Notes under the pieces: generated by a model | Databases searched by the model: none | The model's input: only the letters and a program-made list of their open reading frames with translations | Told to the model about the DNA's origin: nothing | Made by a program: the position numbers and the translations under genes | Part shown: piece after piece, positions 12,040-24,406 of the stretch | Numbering within the stretch: the first letter of the stretch is position 1 | How the letters are laid out: the number at the start of each line of letters is the position of its first letter | NCBI RefSeq assembly: GCF_036588685.1 | Contig: NC_086386.1 | Span: 46,810,001-46,874,000, forward strand | Direction: 5' to 3' | DNA length: 64,000 nt | Source: Mytilus trossulus | Lineage: Eukaryota

Positions 12040-14883
12040 CTGCAAAATACATATTTATGTTTTATATTCTATGTGTGTACATATATATGTAAATTTATAT
12101 ACCATTTTTTATAGTCTCTCATAACTCTTTTTAGAGTGGCTCTTGTTTTATATAGGAAATTGTAATATTATGTAAAATATTTGTTTTATAAGATAAAATA
12201 TTGCTTGTCTTGTCTTGTCTATAAAACGTTTTATTCAATGTTGTGGATTTTTTGTTTATTTTTATCGTGATTAAGATGATAACATGTAATGTTGACTGTT
12301 GTACCCCTATTTTCGACAGTTTTTTTCTGGGTTTTTTTCACACATAGTGTCATTATATTGGAATTTTATACGACTATAATACAGGAGAGAGATTTAGCTA
12401 ACTATAAAACCAGGTTTCATCCACCATTTTCTCATAAAAATGCCTGTACTAAGTCAGGAATATGTCCATTCGTTTAATGTGTTGAGCTTTTGATTTTGCC
12501 ATTTGATTAGGGACTTCTGTTTTGATTGTTCCTCGGAGCTCAGTTTTTTTGAGATTTTACTTTTTATATGATGAATTATTTGTCATGATACATTTATTGA
12601 ATATTCATTAGGTTTTTTATTTTTTTTACATTCTTTTGATATCTTTATGATTCCCCTAACCAGAAAAATTAAGTTGAAATAGAAGTAAATTACCAAAATG
12701 AAAACATCCATTTGTGAAAATTTTCTCCTGGAATATCTCAGGTTACTTGTCCTAGTTGTGATTGGGGCTGTACTTTTAGTCCTTTTGGAATAATATCAGC
12801 CTTCAAAGTATTTAACGTTTATATTTTAACGTAACGTGCGTCGAGACGTGTGGCGGAATACAACGTTTGACAACGTCTTTAAAAAAAAAGACAGAAAGAT
12901 AAGAAAATCCATCAAGAAAATTGTAGAAAAAACATAGACTCTAATTGAAAGACTGAGCAACAGGTGTGATATCATATGCTTCAGAAAGGTAAGCAGATGA
13001 TGCTCCGAACGTGGCTACCGTTACGTTGATTGTCAAAATTTGCATCTAGTGCAATAAAATTGGTACCGCTTTTTAAAAATACTTAGTACTACTTTCCATT
13101 AAATATAAATTCTATGAAATGAAGGTTTTTCAGAAACAATAGCATCTCAGAATTTCGATAAAACAAAATCCACATTCTGAATGACGAAAAACAAATTTAA
13201 ATACATTGTATAATTCATTATGATACGTTATTTTGGTTGGCTATGACAGCAATCTCACGTCATTTCATTTCCAAATGAAATGTTCATTATGACAGTAGCT
13301 CCCGCAATAAAGTGCTTCAAACAAAGTTACTTCGGTCAAGGCTTTTACACCCAAATGAAATTTTTTTTAAAACTTGCAATTCTTAAATGAACACTTCACC
13401 TTTCAATTTTTATTTTTTTAAACTTTCAGATTTTTTCAGAATGGTTTGCTGATTTCTTACCTTCATGAAAATATCCAAATGTATTAAATTATAAAATAGC
13501 AACTTTTCAAGACAAAACATATTATTCCATTAAAGGATACGACTCGGAAAATCTGTCTGTTCAGTATGTAGGAAAGAGCATTACTGTCTTTCTTGTAACA
13601 TTTTTTTAATACAATTGCCCGAAACTTATTGAATACAGAATTTTCGTAAATTTTTTTAAGGTTCTCTTTATTAAAATTAGAAAAAAGATACAATACCTTT
13701 CTTTATTCCCATAACAGAACATAAAATATTGAATATTACTACAGCAATTATCCGGTACATTTTTCATATTGTAATTCCTATAAACATTAGGCTTCCGTTT
13801 GAGATAAACGGTGATTTCACTTCTATTGATTATTGATTTGTACAATTTGCATTTCAAAACTTGTCATTTAATCAAACAATTTTATATACATTTATTTGAT
13901 CTTTGACCGTTGTATAGGTATAGAATTCTTTTATCACTAACTAGTTTCACTGTGTCTATAGTCCGCAGAGAGATCTTTCCCTATAAATATATACGCACAA
14001 ATATCCTTGTTACACTTGTGGCGATTCTAAAAAGATAAAATTTATTATGTTGTAAAGTTTATGAAATTGAAGATAGTCTAAAGCGGGTGAAATATTTCGT
14101 GCATATTCAAATATAACAGCACATGGAATGTAGGATCACAAAAGGCGAGCATGAACTGTTCAACGCGAGTGGCTGCTAGCTTGAGCCTGGTTCAACGAAC
14201 TTCTTTTTATCATTTTTTTCAAATATACTCGAAAAACAAGATAAATCAAACTTCTCTCTTAAAAGAAGGATATTCAAAAGACTTGTATTATCAAGAAGAA
14301 AGAGATATTTGTTTTCGTCACAGATAATGGTTGAATATCAACCATTCGACTACTACAATTATCAAATTCCTGTCCTAGATTTCATTCAAACTTTTTATAA
14401 GTCTTCCCCTTTGAAACATATGCGACAAATACCTTAAATAATTCAGGTCTTGCATCTACATTTATAAATGTTTACTAGTATGTATTTTCTTTAGTCTATC
14501 CTGCATAAGGAAAACGAGATCGGTTAACACATTCTGTATGATAAAACACAATTCAGAATATCTTAGTATTTCGTATCGGAACATTTTTCATCGAAACTAA
14601 TAAGGCAATAATTTATAAAAAGAAGATGTGGTATGATTGCCAATGAGACAACTATCCACAAAAGACCAAAATATGACTTAAAACCCTCAATTATAAGAAG
14701 ATCTAAGAATTTATCATTTTGCATTTAGCATTATATCAGGGTATAAATTAGATTTATTTGATATGACTGGTGCCTTTCATGGTTGTATTTAATACACACA
14801 CCATTTAATTGCTAATTCCACTTGGAACCCATATTTTTGCGCGTATCTCCTGTAAGTCATTGCATAATTAACGTCATACCGAA

Positions 14884-15387
14884 GAAGGGTTATACAATAC
14901 AGAATAATGCGCGAAAAATTAGCAGAATAGAGGGGAGATGAACAAGCAATAAAGAATAGAGAAGGATGGGGTGCTACAAAATAAAGAATAGAGAAGGATG
15001 GGGTGCTACAAAATAAAGAATAGAGAAGGATGGGGTGCTACAAAATAAAGAATAGAGAAGGATGGGGTGCTACAAAATAAAGAATAGAGAAGGATGGGGT
15101 GCTACAAAATAAAGAATAGAGAAGGATGGGGTGCTACAAAATAAAGAATAGAGAAGGATGGGGTGCTACAAAATAAAGAATAGAGAAGGATGGGGTGCTA
15201 CAAAATAAAGAATAGAGAAGGATGGGGTGCTACAAAATAAAGAATAGAGAAGGATGGGGTGCTACAAAATAAAGAATGGAGAATAATTTGCAGAGAATAT
15301 ATAAAAAAAAGAAGATGAAGATTATAGCCTAACAAAGTTATATATAATAACAGAAATAACCGTCCATCCAGACCGTATAGAACCCTC
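14884..15387. mobile_element. Non-autonomous TIR element (GAGGG...CCCTC-type ends, about 6-bp TSD) carrying a minisatellite
   Basis: accgaa|GAAGGGTTATAC ... GTATAGAACCCTC|aacgaa. Confidence 0.6.
14949..15277. repeat. 32-bp minisatellite, 10 perfect copies plus a partial copy
   Basis: Unit ATAAAGAATAGAGAAGGATGGGGTGCTACAAA starting at 14949, 14981, ... 15237. Confidence 0.97.
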
Positions 15388-16363
15388 AACGAAATCACGA
15401 GACCATTGATTTATTTTGTCGGACTCAAGACGTCTCGAGTTGATAAACAATGAAATCAATAATCATATTACAAGAGAGAATCATGGAACTTAAAGCTAGT
15501 TTTCTTATGGTCATCAAAATCAATAGGGTATAATTCCATGATTAAGTATATAACATGAGATAAAAGTAACTACATTTTGGTACTTAAATTTTAAAAAAAA
15601 ACTGTAATAAACTTTATTCTATAGTCCAATAGATGATTAAGGGACAACATCAAAAGTTCAATGTAGGATAAAAAAAAAAAAAACGTAATTAATATAGTTT
15701 TTTCACTGACCCCCTACCCCCCCCCCCCCCCCCCCCCCTTTAACTTAATTTGGGAAAAATTGATGGACCAATAAGGATATATATAAAATCGATGTCAATT
15801 AAACAAAACTTGCAGCACTTTTGACGCCCCCCCCCCCCCCAAACTATTTGAATTTAGTTTTTCATCCTTCATTGTTTTTCATGTCGCCCCCAAGATAAAT
15901 TATGTGTGTGCATGTAAATATCCCTATTATAAAATATAATCTGTACATATATGGAGCACACTTATAAAAGAAAGAAAAAACAAGTGCATGCATACTAAAT
16001 ATAGTGACGTTGGACATTTCATGATGCAGACGGAGAGCCTTTTCCACCTGCAAATAAATATACCAAGCCAAAAACACGTCTTTATATTCAGTCAGATTTA
16101 CAGTATAGGGATCAATAATATAAGTATTAAGTTAATGTATGGTAAGTATATACTGAAGATTTAAATGTACATTGCACCAATGACTCTGTGCACCTTTAAT
16201 CCGATGTAATCCCCTTAATCTCTTTAATGTGAAAGACTAATTCCATTTCTGTGTATTTTATTAGTATCAACGTCAAAACAAAACCTTTAAGATATATGGT
16301 TATATTGTGTAAAGAAAACTATGATAAAACATCATAAAAATATGAATTATTAGTTTAAATGAC

Positions 16364-19300
16364 ATGATTCCAAGTAGGATTTTTCTTTGGATTGTTATTT
16401 TTCCATCAAATGTTTACTTGTTAAAAGGTAATGTAATATAGGTACTTTCTGGTACAAAAAAAATATTAACTAACCACTGCGTGTCCTCATGAGAGCAGAA
16501 TAATAACATAACAGACTAAACATTCAACTATTAACATGATTTTAATGATTGAGTTGAAGAGAGAGAGACAAATTTATATAACAAAATTACCATTTACTTA
16601 AAACATGTCTTTTACTGAGATCCCATAGCTGCATGTAGAAATTATAAACAAGCGAGAACCCATACGTGAAAAAAAAATTTGGAAACCAATTATGTTAAGC
16701 TGAGACTACTGTTAAGCTAGTACCAGTTTAACCAAATTAATGAAGTTTTCATTGTTTTATCATTTTAAAGGCTGTACGTAAAATGTATTTGCGTGAACTT
16801 TAAAGTATCTTAGGTATACGTCAATTAGGTAGTAATTAAGCAACCCAACAACACAAAATATCTTAAACACATATGGAGGTAACATAAAGCCATCATGCAA
16901 ACAATTATCCATACATGTCAAATAGACATGTCAAAAAAGATAAATGTCAAATCAGTCTTACATTTTTATCTTGTTTTTGACATTTTTCTCTGTTCTATAT
17001 AATGTCTGTCCATTTTTCTCTATTCCCAATATTTAAGCATGTCATTTTTTCTTTATTCTTTAATTATTTGGTCCATTTTTCTCTATTCTTTTAATTGTCC
17101 TATTATTCTCGAGTCTGTAAACCCCCATATCCACACCCTCATTTATATGACTAATTTAACATTATATACATGTACACATATTGCAGATGTAGTTTTCGTG
17201 GTGGATAAGTCAGCCAGTTTGTCAGCAGAGGATTTCTCAGAAGCTGTAGATTTTATATACAATGTGACTAAATTCATCACAGTTGGTTCAACTGCGACTC
17301 AATTCTCGGTAGTGACGTTTTCTAGCGATATCACAGAACGTTTTGATTTGAACGACTACTCAACAAATGCTACGATACTAAATGCTATTAGTGGCCTCAA
17401 AAGTATCACACCAAGTGGTAGCACGTACACATACGATGCTTTAACTTTTGTACGGACGTCTTCCTTCTTATCTTCAAAAGGAAGTCGTTCTAATGCAGAT
17501 AAGACTGTTATTATATTGACCGATGGACAATCCGTCAATTACCCGAGAACTGCAACAGAAGCTGATTTACTCAAAACTAATCTTGGTGCGGAGGTATTCT
17601 CCATTGGAATAGGCTCAGCTATATCAGCCAGTAATGTTGAGTTATTAAGTATGTCCAGCGACCCTGATTCGTATTATTCCCATCACGTGGAGTCATATAT
17701 CGATCTGTGTAGTCTTATTCCGACCGTCGTTCCTAAGATCGGTAAGTAAAACATTATATTAGAACCTGTGTTTGCAGTGAAAGCCATTTATAGATTTGTT
17801 TTATCCAAGTATTGTCTTGGATTGTTAAAGTAATCTTTTTCTAATTCACAAGGACACAATTGTGGTATCTACGAGATCTATAAGACAAGTTAGTATGAAC
17901 ATAAGGAGGCGTGGTGTGATACCAAAGAAACAAAGATATAAGACATGGTTGTTACTGATTTCTGATTTAAGCTAAAATTTAAAAAAAAATTAAAAAAAAA
18001 ACACACACACAAAACAAAACAATTGAGGCAAAAGGAAGCCCTGAACAGATCCGTGGTTTTGGACAGTCACATACCTATGCGTGGCGGGGTTAAACATGTT
18101 GAACGTTATATCGTCCTTTATCCTTCTCTAACCTGGTACAGTGTTTTGATAAAAAGACATAAGAATAAACTACAAAACCAAAGTCGTCCGCTCAGCAGAT
18201 CGACACAAAGCAACTCAATAAATGGCAAAAATCTAATTCGATTTAAAATGTGCAATTGTAAGTGTTATCGCTGACCAAAGCCCAATATCAACTAATAACC
18301 AGATCTAATTTTTATAAACCAGAATTTCATGAGGACTTGTGTATCAAATCTGTTTCAATTCATTCAAAATTAGCTTCTTAAAGAATTGACCATGTGATAT
18401 AACTTAAATAAGGACATGCCATAAATCAGTTGTTATAAAAAAAATCATATGAAATAGATGAAAGCAATTAAAGTTAACCAGATGGTCCTTAACTAGGAGA
18501 AATCCAGGTACCGCATAGTCTGTTACAAAGGGGTCATCAGACATGAAAGATATGAAACAATTTAATTGAGAAAACGGCATGATTTATAAAAAGAACAATT
18601 TGCTACATTTGATGAGACTATATATTTAAATTAAATGCTGTTTTTATTTAGATCCAACAGTTACTCCTGATGCTGTTAGTGGGTGTCCAGCGGCTGCAGC
18701 ATCAACTTCTCCAGGTAATCTTAACATGGTAAACAAATGCTTTTTGCGATAGTAATAACATGCAGAAAAGGATCAGCTTACCCTTCCGAAGCACTTGAGA
18801 TCATTACAGGTTGTTGGTAGGGTTCATGCTGTTCAGTCTTAGTTTTCTGTTTTGTAGACTTGTTTTTCTTTACGATGATTTTCATTTTTTCCATGATGGT
18901 GTTTACTTGCAATTGCGACTTTGTTGTTCCTTCTGTTGTCGTCTGCCGCACTTTTTTCTGCAGATTGTTTGAAGAATATACAAGAATCTAAAGTATATAC
19001 ATGACACTATAAAAGAATATTAAACGTATATCCAATCTTTTAAAATCATAACCTTACATTGTACTTTTAAAAACAATTCTCGGGATATTCTAGTCTGACA
19101 TGGCCTCAGTCTTCTTTAAACTAAGTGTTACTGTGTTTTTGTTAATTTTACATATGCAAGAGGTATAAGGGTATAGTTGAGATCTCACAATATATGTTTA
19201 ACCCTGCCGCATTGTAGCGCCTGTCCAAAGTCAGGAGCCTCTGGCCTTTGTAAGTCTTGTATGTTTTTAGATTTTAGTTCATTTATATGTGTTGGAGTTA

Positions 19301-21724
19301 AGTATGACGTCCTTTTTACTGAACTATTACACATTTTCATCAAGGGGCCAGCTGAGGTCCACCTCTGGGTGCGGGATTTTCTCGCTGCATTGAAGACCTT
19401 GGTGGCCTTCGGTTGTAATCTGCTCTTTTGTCGGGTTGTTGTCTCTTTGACATATTTCCTATTCCCATTCTCAATTTTAAATTATCATTGCATGCATATT
19501 TTACTTTTGCTATTCACCCTGTTATTAACACTTAAACAAGTTTGAATTACCACACATTGCTTAAGATAGTAGTACAGTTACTTTTTTTTGAACTGATAGT
19601 TGAAATCATTATATATATTAGTTCATAAAGCATCAATTGATATACTACACTGTAAAAATGGTGCTATGATCATAAACACTAATCTAAGCACATATCTTTC
19701 TCTTTTTTTACACGTTTTGGTCTAAGTATGTTTAGGTTGACAATATGCTAAGAATTGTGTTTAAGATCGAGTTTTGCTCAGAAATTAGTGGGTTTTTCTT
19801 AATTTTAACTTTAATTATAAAACAGATTTTAAAGTGTTTAAATTCAAAACATGTCTATACTTTGCTGACTGACAAATTTGCATAAAACTAGAAATGTTAT
19901 CCAAGTGTTTATTTTCTAAGCACGATTTTTACAGTTTATCTTTTTTATACAAATGAAAAAAATCATAATTCACATTGAAATTTGGGAGATCCATTCGTTT
20001 GAAGTGTTTGTGCTTTTAATTTTGCCATTTGATAAGGGACTTTTTCTTTTTGAATTTTTTGCGTAGGTCGGTATTTTTATTATTTTACTTTTAAGATATA
20101 TTTTGTTTTCCAGATGATAACACAGTAGTAGTAGCCGGAGTGGCGGCTGCAGCAGCTGTAGCAGGAATAGGCCTTACCGCACTTATTGCCTCTTTACTTG
20201 AAAAGAAAGTGTAAGTGATTATATACGTTAACAGTGGTGTTTGTTTTTTTTTTTCGCTTTTTCAACTGAGTTTTGTAGTCTGTTCTAGTCTTGTACTTTT
20301 ACACCTATGTCCTAGCAAAGGGGAGGGTTTTGCGCTTGCAAAATAGTTCAACCCCATCATATTCTATATGTGCATGTCCCATGTCAGGAGCATGTAGTTC
20401 AGTTGTTGTCGTTGGTTCATGTCTGCTATAAAATAAAATTGAGAATGGAAATAGGGGATGTGTCAAAAAGACAACAACCTGACCAAATAAAAAAACAACA
20501 GCAGAAGGTCACCAACAGGTCTTCAATGTAGCGAGAAATTTTATAGCCGACTGTACTGTATGGGTATTTCTCATTGTTGAAGTTCTGTAAAGTTACTAAT
20601 AGTTGCTTTCATCCACTGCATTTGAACACTGTTGGATAGTCGACCCATTGGCAAGCATCCCACATTTCCAAAGTAATTTTCATATAAAATCATTGTGTAT
20701 ACAGTAAGTTAGCGATATGTTCTTTTGGCATGTATAGGGGCCAGCTGAAGGACGCCTCCGGGTGCGGGAATTTCTCGCTACATTGAAGACCTGTTGGTGA
20801 CCTTCTGCTGTTGTTTTTTTTATTTGGTCGGGTAGTTGTCTCTTTGGCACATTCCCCATTTCCATTCTCAATTTTATAGTTTACAGGTACTAGATGATAT
20901 TTCACTCAATTAAGTTTATTGACAGTGTTGTGCTAATTTAAAACTTATCAAAATATATTTGTCTTAAAAGTAATGATTACCTTTTTCATAAAAGGTTTCC
21001 TATTCCTTCAACTGCTGAATTTCATTCAAAAATTTAAATACGATTTTTTTGGCATTGAAAACTTATGATTTTTGAACTACAAGAAATGTTAAATAAAGAC
21101 TCATCAAAGATAATAGGCTTATAATATTTTACGCGCATTTCGTCAACACAAAACTCGTCAGTGGCGCTCTCAATGTTAATTCGTTTGATGGTCAAATTCA
21201 TCATGGAGTTAAACAGCATAGATAAACAAATTTTGCTGTTCGGTGTGATTCAAGGCTCCATGTTGGAGACCGTCCTTTGACCTACAATTGTTCACTTTTA
21301 CAAATTGTGACTTGGATGGAGAGTTGTATCATTGGCACTCATACCACATCTTCTAATACCTATAAGGTATACAAATTTATGTAAAGCAAATCTAGTTTGA
21401 GATTTATTTGTGGGAGATAAATACCAATCTTTTATATTATATAATGTTGATTTTGTTTTAATTTTAACATTGTTGTGTATAAATGTGTAGAAATGTAGCA
21501 GATACACCTCGTTTACCTGACCTAATTTGAATGAATCGATTCCTATAATCAAATTGAAATGATATATGTATTTCAACATTTTTTTCAGGAGGGGATTATT
21601 TGGTAAAAACAACAAGGTAGATCCCTATGACAGTATGACCAGACAAGGAACAAACAGAGCCATTTTTGATGCTAATGCCCTGAATGATCCCTCAGCCAGA
21701 GAAGTACCAGCTCCAGATGTTTGA
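16364..21724 (+). CDS. Gene B: single-VWA type I membrane protein, 304 aa, intact MIDAS, very short stalk
   Basis: join(16364-16427 leader MIPSRIFLWIVIFPSNVYLLK; 17187-17741 VWA with DKSAS, GSTYT, LTDGQS; 18652-18714 DPTVTPDAVSGCPAAAASTSP; 20114-20210 TM VVVAGVAAAAAVAGIGLTALIASLL; 21589-21724 tail with DPYDSM, ending APDV*). 915 nt, open frame, all GT-AG. Confidence 0.88.
19648..19936. mobile_element. Tc1/mariner-type MITE (TA TSD)
   Basis: TA|CACTGTAAAAATGGTGCT ... AGCACGATTTTTACAGTT|TA. Confidence 0.7.
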
Positions 21725-24406
21725 AAAGCGAAAAGTTTTTACATAAGATTCAATCTATTTTTTCTCGAAGGAAATAAAATCCGTTCCAATCTAATGTATT
21801 TCTTGAAGAGCTAACCCCAGCACTGATAGATTTTTTTTCTGGGCCAGATATTTTGTTCTATCATAACAATACTTACTACACGTTTAATATTTTTCGTAGC
21901 AGCTCTTTTATTTGCAATATCTGTTTCAAAAATGACGACAGATACTAATATTAGTATGTTCCAATTGTAGTTAACCCTATCCCGTCCTCTTAACCTCGAA
22001 TTCGACCTACCGAATTAGACATACCACCAGCGTTTATACTTTCAGTAGCAACACGGCATGTGCCTCATGTTGAGCAGAATTTGCTTAGCCTTTCCCTGTT
22101 TTTGATGGGATTCGAGTAGTTTTTTGTTCTATTGTTTGTCTTTTGGTCGTACACCGATTTTTAGGGTGTTTTTTGTGTCATGCTGTTGTCATTTTTTTTT
22201 TTGAATTTTGAGTTGGAATATCCTTTTGGTATATTTTTCATCTCTTTAAAAAAAAAAGAAGATTAAGTTACCATAACTGGAAAATGTTAAACTTTTCCTA
22301 AGAGATTGATTTCTCTATCAATTGGTATGAACATTTCCCTTACAAATGCAAAAACCACTCATTTGACGAAAAGAAATATTTGGAAGACGATATATTTGTA
22401 AAAAAGTAGACATTTTATTTTTCTCATTGATATGTGCACACATTTTTTTAAGCTTTTTGCATCATCGTGTTTTCTTGTACCAGTTCTCACGTTACTGTAT
22501 GCAATCTACTTTTATATCAACCATGTCATATGTGTTATTATTGTTATGATTGCACGTCTATTGTTGTTATTTGATTCCATTAAAGTTGTAAATAAATTGT
22601 TCTTCGCAAAAAAATTACAAGTTACAAAAAAGTAAAAAACAAACCAATGCAAAAAACAAATACAGGAAAACATTCGTTGTCAATACGACGAACAAGATCG
22701 TATATATTCTAAAAATATTTTTGATTTCATGTTCCACTTATAAGTTATATGTGCTTTAACCATAATGTGTCCACACTAAACAGAACCTGCTGTGAATTAT
22801 AAAATAAAATATATGCTACTGGATGTTAACCAAATAATAATAAACCTACCAACAAGTGAATAAAAGGCGAAACAAAATATGAGCGAAAAATCAAATATAA
22901 ATAGTAGGCAGTAGTTGTGACAGTACAGTGAAACATTTTCCTCGAACTAAAGCTTCTTTTTTTATATCAAAACGTAGGCAATGGTAAAAGATATGCAACA
23001 TACATTGTTGTCAATAACATGAATTTAATGAACTGTCATACAAGTAAGAGGTTTAGCTAGCTAGCTGTAAAACAAGGTTCAAGCCATAATTTTCTACATC
23101 AGAAAATGCCTGAACCAAGTCGAGAATATGACAGTTCTTATCCATTCGTTGGATGTGTTTGAGCTTTAGATTTTAGCCATTTGTTTAGTGACATTCCAAT
23201 TTCTTTTTCTTCGGAGTTCGGTTTTCTTGTTATTTTGATTTATTTGTTTCTTTAAAAGAAACTATGTCTTTGTCTTTATTTTAAAAATTTGATTGAAGAA
23301 TGCATTTCTTTTTTGAAAATGTGTGTTTGAATGTTGAGTATTGAACTAACTTTACATCCCTTTTTAAAACCAAAGCCCAAATTTATATTTCGAAATTTTG
23401 AACTATAAGATGATGCCTCTGCTGGTGGACTATTAGTCCACGAGGGTATCACCAGCTCAGTAGCCAGTATTTCAGTACTGGCATGAAAATACGGATTTTT
23501 TGTGTTATTAAAATTTTGCTGTTACAAAATATTAGAAATTATTAGAAATTAAGGAATGTATCTCCCTCATGCAAAGCTCTGATTCCTTTCAAGGATTTGG
23601 GTATATTTTTTGGACCTTTTGGGTTATAGCTCTTCATCTTTTATATAAGCTTTGGATTTCAAATATTTTGGCCACGAGCATCACTGAATAGACATGTATT
23701 GTTGAAATGCGCATCTTGTGCAAGAAAATTGGTACCGTTAATTTTATTATATATATGAAGCAGAAAATCAAATGCAGAAAAAATGCTCAACTGTTTCTAT
23801 AATTAATACCGGTATTAACAAAAAAATAGTGCAGTAAAATTGGTACCGTTACCGTTTTTACAAGCACAGCAATATCGTTTAAAATATATGCCTTCAATTA
23901 AGAACCAAACGTCTTTAAAAAAAACCATACAAAATGTTGACTTGATTTAAATTTATCCTCGACATTATCACTGGATGTTCATGGCTTGTTTTAAATGTAT
24001 AGCAGAAAAGACAACATACTAAAACTATTTATTGAAAATACAATTATGGTTTAAAATTCATGAGGAGGAATTGTGTACAGGCCTTCTTTCAATGCTATTT
24101 ACATTACTATGTTGAATGAATGCATTGTAGTTTGACATGCTTTAAAGTTTACAAAGTACAAATTAATATATTCAAATTTACATGTTTGTTTATCATTCGG
24201 GATATATAGTTTCAAAATAAACACTTAAACTAGAAAAAATATTTAATAGTCGGACAGTCCATAGTTAGAAATAATGCTTTTTGAACACAAAGGGGAAATT
24301 TTCATCTTCAATAGCCAAGAAGTACGATCCAGTCCCATCATTTCCACTCTATGAATCGTAATCCTTGGCTTGCTAAGATGGAAAATTGTACATGCATTGT
24401 TCATTT

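Noticed and set aside
12698-12793. Short hydrophobic plus-strand ORF (MKTSICENFLLEYLRLLVLVVIGAVLLVLLE)
   Set aside because: 31 codons with no supporting gene structure; such ORFs are common by chance in T-rich DNA.
14949-15277. 32-bp repeat array as a CRISPR array
   Set aside because: Units are directly adjacent with no spacers, there are no cas genes, and the context is eukaryotic.
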